Of a stretch of DNA of 64,000 nt, positions 58,002 through 64,000 are shown piece by piece. Position 1 is the stretch's first letter. The number at the start of each line of letters is the position of its first letter. The notes beneath the pieces were generated by a model. That model did no database searches. It saw only the letters and a program-made list of their open reading frames with translations, and had not been told where the DNA came from. Location: assembly GCA_963745835.1 (NCBI GenBank), contig CAVUZH010000003.1, positions 480,001 to 544,000 on the forward strand. Direction: 5' to 3'. The position numbers and the translations under genes were made by a program. This DNA comes from an uncultured delta proteobacterium. GTDB taxonomy: Bacteria > Desulfobacterota > Binatia > UBA9968.

Positions 58002-59270
58002 CTAAAAAGCTCGTATCGTTTGAAGCGCGCTGACCGCCTGCTCCATCTTATCCAAAAAACGAGCTCTCATGGTGTCGTTGAAAATCTCACGGCTGACTCG
58101 CTCGATAAGCTCAGCAAGCTTCTTTTGCGGAAAGCTATCGCGAGACTCGCCGAGATCGGCAATCTGATCATCAATGATCAGCTTTGCCATGGGTCCTATA
58201 CCCTCGGTAGCTGCTCGAGCCATGAAGTCGAAAAACTGCGATGCTACGGTGCGTTCATTGATAGCGCTCACCGGTGCCACCACATGGTTCGACCGTCGGT
58301 TGATGAAATTATCCAGTGATTCAGCGGCTTGCTGGGTCGCTTGAGAAGTGTGCGCGCCGAATTCCCACGCCGAAACTCTGGCAACGCCATTATTAGATGC
58401 GCCGTTTGTTCGACCATCGGCTGGCCGGTCCAACATAAGCTTTGCCGCTACCTTGACAATTACGTAAGCGGAAACTCTCTTCCGCCCGGCTCTCGATGCC
58501 ATGGTTAGCGCGTTGTCGCATAGCGTGTTGATTAAACGGGGCGTTCCTGAGGAATAAGACCAAATGGCCTCAAGCGCTTTTTGATTAAAGATTTCCGGAC
58601 CTTCGTAGCCGGCGGCGCGGAGGCGATGGCGAATGTAATGCTCCACTTCACTGGCTAACGATAATGCGCGGGTTTGGTAATGGATTGCAATTCTTTGTTT
58701 GATTCTTTGCAGCGCCGGCTTGCATAATTTGACGATCAGTTCAGGTTGTCCCACCAGGACGATTTGAAGCAGTTTCTCCTGCTCTGTTTCTAAATTCGAA
58801 AGATCGCACAGGCTTTCCAGTGCCCCGTCAGTTACCTTTTGCGCTTCATCGATTAGGAGGGCGACGGTTTTTGCTTCTCTATTCTGCTGCAGCAAATAAT
58901 CCTTGAGCGCCTGCTCTACCTCGAACGGCGTCTTACCTTGAGTCGGGAGACCCAGATCCTCGACGATTAATTCGATCAATCCATCGCTGGTAACATGACT
59001 TGTGGAAACAAAGACAAACCGAGTAGTTGCTTCAAGGTGGCGCATCAGTTTGCGCAAGAGGATGGTCTTCCCGGTTCCGACTTCACCGGTGACGACCAAT
59101 AATCCTTTTTTTGCCTTAATACCGTCTCCGAGAACTTCTAGTGCTTCGGTGTAATGATAGTTTCGGAAGAAGAAGCGCGGGTCTGGAGCGACGCCAAAAG
59201 GCATGTCGTGGAATCCAAAGTGAGTCTCTACCAAAGTTTTATTGTCGCCCGAGCTAAAAGGTTCGACCAT
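58002..59270 (-). CDS. ExeA/GspA-like AAA ATPase with a small helical C-terminal domain
   Basis: FGFHDMPFGVAPDPRFF, GEVGTGKT, LLIDEAQ, LVGQPEL and SGTPRLINTLCDNAL motifs; C-terminal GIGPMAKLIIDDQIADLGE domain. Confidence 0.9.
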   Translation of the reverse strand: MVEPFSSGDNKTLVETHFGFHDMPFGVAPDPRFFFRNYHYTEALEVLGDGIKAKKGLLVVTGEVGTGKTILLRKLMRHLEATTRFVFVSTSHVTSDGLIELIVEDLGLPTQGKTPFEVEQALKDYLLQQNREAKTVALLIDEAQKVTDGALESLCDLSNLETEQEKLLQIVLVGQPELIVKLCKPALQRIKQRIAIHYQTRALSLASEVEHYIRHRLRAAGYEGPEIFNQKALEAIWSYSSGTPRLINTLCDNALTMASRAGRKRVSAYVIVKVAAKLMLDRPADGRTNGASNNGVARVSAWEFGAHTSQATQQAAESLDNFINRRSNHVVAPVSAINERTVASQFFDFMARAATEGIGPMAKLIIDDQIADLGESRDSFPQKKLAELIERVSREIFNDTMRARFLDKMEQAVSALQTIRAF

Positions 59271-59458
59271 TCATTTCCCCCGTCTAGTCAACCCTGTTGA
59301 ATCAGATGAAGTTAAACCGGCTGATGCCCGAAAACCGGCACCCGTGATTAACTATGATAGTCGTACGAGCTGAAGTTTGCGAACGGTGACGCGAGCAGCA
59401 ATTCATAGTAGATTTTCATTTTATTTGTCAAGAACGAGTCCTTCAGCTATTCCCTGGT

Positions 59459-60703
59459 TCAGGCAAGCTCTTCAACCAGAGCCGGCGCTTCTGGTTGCGG
59501 TTCTCTTATAGCAAGAACGACAAGGTTCGCTAAGAGGACTGTGCCTGCTAGGAAGTAGAACGCGGTGAGAATGCCCCATCGGTCGGCGATAAATCCGCAG
59601 ATGAGCGGGGAGAGCGAACTTAGCAACGACTGTGAACCGGAAAAAAAACTGACCATGCTCCCTCCCAGCTCCTTGGGGCTGAGATCGAGTACCCAAGCCC
59701 AGATGACAGGCCGGACCGCATATAGGAAGAAACCAAGAGTCGCCAGACCTGTGATGAATAGCCAAGTCATTTGGAAGTAAGCCAAAACAAAGAGCACGAT
59801 GCTGGTTGAAAACAATCCGGCGGTGAGGACCCGTTTTCTTCCACTGCGATCCGAGATACCCCCGGCGATGGGCGTGCCTATCATGCCGGCCGTTTGAGTG
59901 ATGGAGAGATAGAGTCCTGCCATTGCGCTCGACAAGCCGAGGTCGTGCGTTAGATAGATGGGCAAGAAAGTATGCAATCCCTGCTGGGTCATGGAGCGCA
60001 TGCCGGCCACAAGTACCAGCAGCAGGATGCTGGGGTTCTGCGCCATTTTTCTCATGCCGGCCAGATACTCTTTCAACGGCAGAGCTTTCTTGGCCTGCGC
60101 GCGCGTCTGAAGCCGGCCGAAGAGAAATTTCCAAAGAATCAAAGCGATGACGATGCCTGGAATGAGATTTACGAAGAGAACCGAGCGCCAGGATAAAGTC
60201 AGGAGCAGCAGGCCGACGAGTAGCGGCGCGATACTCTCCCCGATGTTAGGGCCAATGGCGTGGATCGCGATGGCAAAGCCCCGTTTGCTGGGATATCTCT
60301 CGGAAATTGTGGAAATCGCCGCCGGATGCCAGAGATAGTTGCCCACGCCGACAAAAGCCATGAAGACCGCTACCCAGAAAAAGCTATGACTTAAGCCAAC
60401 TAAGAAATAAGGGACGCCGGTAGCAAGCAGCGCCAGTCCCATCAGCAAAGCTTTGCGACCGATAATATCGACGAGTATCCCTGCCGGAACATTGACGAGC
60501 AGGTTGGCGACTGCGCGGATGGTGACAAGAAAACCGGCTTGGCTATAGGTCAATCCTAACTCTTGAACCAGATACGGCAGGAGCAGATAAAAGGTCGCCG
60601 GACACCAGTGCGTAAAGGTGTGACCTAGAGCAACCAGCCATAAAAGCGAATCAGTCTGTCTGATCTGATGTATCTGATCGGTTAGTTTAGTCCGTAGCGA
60701 CAT
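59459..60703 (-). CDS. MFS transporter (FSR-like)
   Basis: About 12 TM segments; GHTFTH, WHPAA..RGFAI and GGISDRSGRK motifs. Confidence 0.9.
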   Translation of the reverse strand: MSLRTKLTDQIHQIRQTDSLLWLVALGHTFTHWCPATFYLLLPYLVQELGLTYSQAGFLVTIRAVANLLVNVPAGILVDIIGRKALLMGLALLATGVPYFLVGLSHSFFWVAVFMAFVGVGNYLWHPAAISTISERYPSKRGFAIAIHAIGPNIGESIAPLLVGLLLLTLSWRSVLFVNLIPGIVIALILWKFLFGRLQTRAQAKKALPLKEYLAGMRKMAQNPSILLLVLVAGMRSMTQQGLHTFLPIYLTHDLGLSSAMAGLYLSITQTAGMIGTPIAGGISDRSGRKRVLTAGLFSTSIVLFVLAYFQMTWLFITGLATLGFFLYAVRPVIWAWVLDLSPKELGGSMVSFFSGSQSLLSSLSPLICGFIADRWGILTAFYFLAGTVLLANLVVLAIREPQPEAPALVEELA

Positions 60704-60926
60704 CTTTGTCCGTTAATCGCGGCGCCAGCAACCCTACTCTCTTAGACCGCCATCACGATAAATACAAACAATTTTATAGACCACTAGATGCAGTCTGTGA
60801 AATTCGAAGAATCGCTCGTGCTGTTTGCTAGCCCGCAGGTCTAATAGTGACCCCGAATGTAAGAGATAGAACTAATGTGCTGCTGTTGCTTGTTGATAAA
60901 CGAGGCGGCTGATGCCGAAGCAGGAG

Positions 60927-60971
60927 AGGCGGGCTCAAGGGCGGAACGCACGACAGCGCGCCGCCCCTTTT
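60927..60971. terminator. GC-rich hairpin, possible terminator
   Basis: AAGGGCGG...CCGCCCCTTTT just downstream of the cupin gene. Confidence 0.35.
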
Positions 60972-60982
60972 ATAGAAAGATG

Positions 60983-61369
60983 TCAGGTATTGAAATCGGC
61001 TTGAACCTGCTGGCGAATATCTTTACGTGTCTCGTAGCTGATGATCTGAATTTTTTCGGCCGGTCCCGAGCGATTACCCATCATGATCATCGGCTTGGAG
61101 CCGGCGTTCTCCAGCTGATAGAACGATCCTCCCGTGATCAGCGCCGCCTGCCCTGGCTTCAGAAGCACTTGGCCGCCATCGGGAAAACGCATGGTGCATT
61201 CGCCCTCAATCACGTAAAAAGTTTGATCGGCATTGTGACAATGCATTTCATCTTTCTGTCCCGGCTTATAATAATGCATCCAGGCGTGAAACCGCGGCGT
61301 GTTGAAAATGTTCTTGCGCCGCTTTTGTTGATGGGCCAGATCCACCAGATCGATAACGTCAACGCTCAT
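60983..61369 (-). CDS. Cupin domain protein
   Basis: MHCHNADQTFYVIEG..LKPGQ..YQLEN; GGAGG RBS before ATG 61369. Confidence 0.88.
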   Translation of the reverse strand: MSVDVIDLVDLAHQQKRRKNIFNTPRFHAWMHYYKPGQKDEMHCHNADQTFYVIEGECTMRFPDGGQVLLKPGQAALITGGSFYQLENAGSKPMIMMGNRSGPAEKIQIISYETRKDIRQQVQADFNT

Positions 61370-61418
61370 AAAAACCTCCTCGCTTGTTATATTTCGCAAG
61401 AGCGACCGCCTAAAAGAT

Positions 61419-61799
61419 TTATAGCACGGCCACCACCTCGATTTGAAACAACACATTGCCGCGCAACTCGACTTTGAGCGCGTGTCGGGCGGGTCGGTCG
61501 TGTTCATCGGGAAACATCTCGAGCCATGCGTTATTGACGGCGTCACGGAACTTTTCCTCTTTTAAATAAACTTTCATATGCGCGATATTATCGGTCGTGC
61601 CACCGGCCGTCTCCATGAATAATTTGAGATTACGAAACATGGCGTAGGCTTGTTCCACCGGATCATCGGAAAGCACGCCGGTTTTGGCGTCCTTTCCGGA
61701 AATTGCCGATGAGAAAATCAGATTGCCGATCACCACGCCGTTAGGGATCGGCGCGCCGTGCTCCATACCTTCGATGTGAATGCTTTTGCGCTTTGCCAT
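61419..61799 (-). CDS. RidA family protein
   Basis: HGAPIP, AGGTTDNI, FPDEHDRPARH and QIEVVA motifs. Confidence 0.9.
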   Translation of the reverse strand: MAKRKSIHIEGMEHGAPIPNGVVIGNLIFSSAISGKDAKTGVLSDDPVEQAYAMFRNLKLFMETAGGTTDNIAHMKVYLKEEKFRDAVNNAWLEMFPDEHDRPARHALKVELRGNVLFQIEVVAVL

Positions 61800-62005
61800 G
61801 AGAGATGCCTCCTTCGCTCGATAGGTAGCTGTCTCATAGCACGCTGTCGGATGACGGTCTATGGGTTCGGCGGGTCAGCACCGTTCGCCGATGTTTCGTG
61901 AAATAAACCTGTGTGAAATGAACCTGTATGGAGTTGTAACGGAATGACCTTATGCCGAGAAACGCCGGCCGTTCAATGACTCCCGCAGTGACATCCTGTC
62001 ACCGA

Positions 62006-62773
62006 TTAGGGCTTGATTAGAAAATCGGTCAGAATCTCAAGAAATTCATCCGTCGCGTCGGCGTGAAGCCAGTGCCCGGCGCGAGCGATTGTCACCAGTT
62101 CAGCCCGCGTGAATATCGCTTTGATGGATGGCAGGTCGATATCTGCAATGTACTCCGATCGCCCGCCGCGCATAAAAAGAGCCGGTTTATCATAGCAAGC
62201 TGCGGCGATGATCGGCTTGGTCAGGTGATCATAGCTTTTGGCGATCGAACCAAGATCGATCCGCCATTGAAAACCGCCGGACGACACTCGGGTAATATTT
62301 TTCATCAAAAACTGCCTGAGCGGGAGTTCGGGAATGGCAGGCGCGAGGGCCGCATCGATTTCGCCGAAACTTTGAAAGTTTTGCAGCTCCAGCTGTTCGA
62401 GCGCCGCCAGTATGGCGCGCTGCGACGGTGGGTAGGCTTTGGGCGCGATATCAACGATTACCAACTTGCTCACCCGGTGCGGGTGACTGGTGGCAAACTG
62501 CATGGCGACCTTGCCGCCCAGCGAGTGACCGACAACGTGGCATTCCGAGATCTTTTCACGCTCCATGAGTTCGCGCAAATCGTCGGCCATGGCCGGGTAC
62601 GTCATTATTTCGCTGTGCGGCGACCGTCCATGATTGCGGAGGTCTAGGGTATAGATTTTATAGTTTGGACTAAGCCGTGTGCTGATCGCGCGCCAGTTAT
62701 CCGACGAGCCGAGGAGACCGTGAAGAATTATGACAGGGAAACCTGATCCTTCGATGCGGCAGTGAAGTTTCAT
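62006..62773 (-). CDS. Alpha/beta hydrolase (YbfF-like esterase)
   Basis: LHGLLGS, DLRNHGRS, GHSLGG, VDIAP and AGHWLHA motifs. Confidence 0.92.
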   Translation of the reverse strand: MKLHCRIEGSGFPVIILHGLLGSSDNWRAISTRLSPNYKIYTLDLRNHGRSPHSEIMTYPAMADDLRELMEREKISECHVVGHSLGGKVAMQFATSHPHRVSKLVIVDIAPKAYPPSQRAILAALEQLELQNFQSFGEIDAALAPAIPELPLRQFLMKNITRVSSGGFQWRIDLGSIAKSYDHLTKPIIAAACYDKPALFMRGGRSEYIADIDLPSIKAIFTRAELVTIARAGHWLHADATDEFLEILTDFLIKP

Positions 62774-63038
62774 GAGCCCAAAGTAAACTCTGACAAGATC
62801 GGCGTTTAAAAGAAAGCCGGAGATGAGCTGATGGTAGGCGGAAGGCCGGTTGCTCGCCTGCGAGGCGGTATCGATGCAACGATTTATGCGGCGATTAAAG
62901 CGCGCGATCTGACATTGTTCTCACGTATGTTGAACGCGCGAAGTTGGCTGCGCGGTTCGAGTTCCAGCGCTTAGCGCAAGAGATCTCCGATCGCCAGGTC
63001 TCATCGAGTATGATGCGACCCGTTTTGGTGATGACGTA

Positions 63039-63986
63039 TTAACGATTGCGCGAGGCGCCGTCCTGCCTGATAAACCCTGGCGGACGGCCGCTCCTAGAGC
63101 GAATCTCGTACCATCCCCGGCTCGCTGCCACTACGTTGACCTGAGTGCCCGGATCCAGACGAGTAATTAACGCCGAGTCCTCACTGGGCTCACTGTAAAC
63201 CGGCGTCGATCTGACGATCGTATGCGCTCCAAAAGTGCTCTGCGATCGAGCGGTCTTGACCGCCGGTTCTTTGGACGTGTTGCGCACAGCAGATTTGTCA
63301 TCGTCCGGTTTTGCTCTGATCCGCTCGTCGGGGCGCAAAGCCTCGACCTTAGGCGCACTGTCGGAAACGATTGCTGATCGGTTCTCATCTATGGATTGCT
63401 GCTTTTTCGGAAGCTCGACGGCTCGAGAACTGGCAGGTGTCGTTGTACCATCGGAGGCCACAGTGATCTCGGCGGATGTATCAAAGAAGAGCTGAACCAA
63501 AAGAATCAGAACCAATCCCAGGCCGATGCCTATACCTAGGGCGATATTCCCTGCCGGGCTCTTAGTACCGTCCGGTGGAACGGTGGTCGAAACGGCTTTG
63601 GCGGCGTTTGTGTCCGTTGTCCCGGAGATCCTATCGATGGCCGTTCGATCATGGCTTTCCTCGTAGCCGGGCTTGTTTTCTGTAGTCCCATTTTCAGAGA
63701 AATACTCGATCTCGTCATCGGCAAAGCGGGTATGATAGACGATGTTTTTCGCCCAACTGCGGTAACGCAGCATTTCATCATCGCGCCCGCGCTTTTGCGC
63801 CTCGTCCGCGCGCGCCAGGAAGATATCCCTAACCACTTCTCGTTCACGTTCGGAAAGATCGGTAAAGTCTTTGAGCGAGTCGATCTGTTCTCGGTAGGTA
63901 TCGCTGCCATTAAGTCGTATCCAGGCGAGCAGGTGGGACAATTGGGCGGTTCGCCTATCGGCTGATTGCCGCCGTTCGAGATCCAT
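63039..63986 (-). CDS. Single-TM protein with a C-terminal bacterial SH3 domain (may extend beyond the window)
   Basis: Central TM helix; VYSEPSEDSALITRLDPGTQVNVV..WYEI..GFI SH3b pattern; the frame is open to the window edge. Confidence 0.7.
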   Translation of the reverse strand: MDLERRQSADRRTAQLSHLLAWIRLNGSDTYREQIDSLKDFTDLSEREREVVRDIFLARADEAQKRGRDDEMLRYRSWAKNIVYHTRFADDEIEYFSENGTTENKPGYEESHDRTAIDRISGTTDTNAAKAVSTTVPPDGTKSPAGNIALGIGIGLGLVLILLVQLFFDTSAEITVASDGTTTPASSRAVELPKKQQSIDENRSAIVSDSAPKVEALRPDERIRAKPDDDKSAVRNTSKEPAVKTARSQSTFGAHTIVRSTPVYSEPSEDSALITRLDPGTQVNVVAASRGWYEIRSRSGRPPGFIRQDGASRNR

Positions 63987-64000
63987 GCCGGCGAGCTTGC

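Overview
Bacterial chromosomal window, probably from a metagenome-assembled genome. The gene content resembles Candidatus Binatia/'Deltaproteobacteria' (inference). There are no rRNA, tRNA or CRISPR arrays. The window holds 10 orphan solute-binding proteins (4 NMT1/SsuA-like, 3 TctC, 2 Fe/thiamine-type, 1 TAXI), MFS/EamA/RND transporters and accessory catabolic enzymes (Rieske oxygenase, Tat-exported Mo-oxidoreductase, amidase, amidohydrolase, GFA, GST, VOC, RidA). The first ~5.7 kb is a decayed defence/toxin-antitoxin patch with fragments of a YgjP-like protease, a nuclease, hsdM (twice) and a HEPN toxin, plus an intact VapBC pair. Main findings: (1) a selenoprotein missed by the ORF track, a UxxC glutaredoxin fused to a DinB-like domain, with an in-frame TGA at 12747 followed by a SECIS-like hairpin; (2) a stand-alone Sll1717/FunZ-like P-loop ATPase fused to a non-canonical class III nucleotide cyclase (7119-9167); (3) an operon of ExeA-like ATPase, output-less HAMP membrane protein and SBP-LysM fusion (55851-59270); (4) two non-autonomous MITE families, one TTAA-flanked and one CTAG-flanked in three copies, and several deletion scars. 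All family calls come from motif recognition by eye; no database searches were run.
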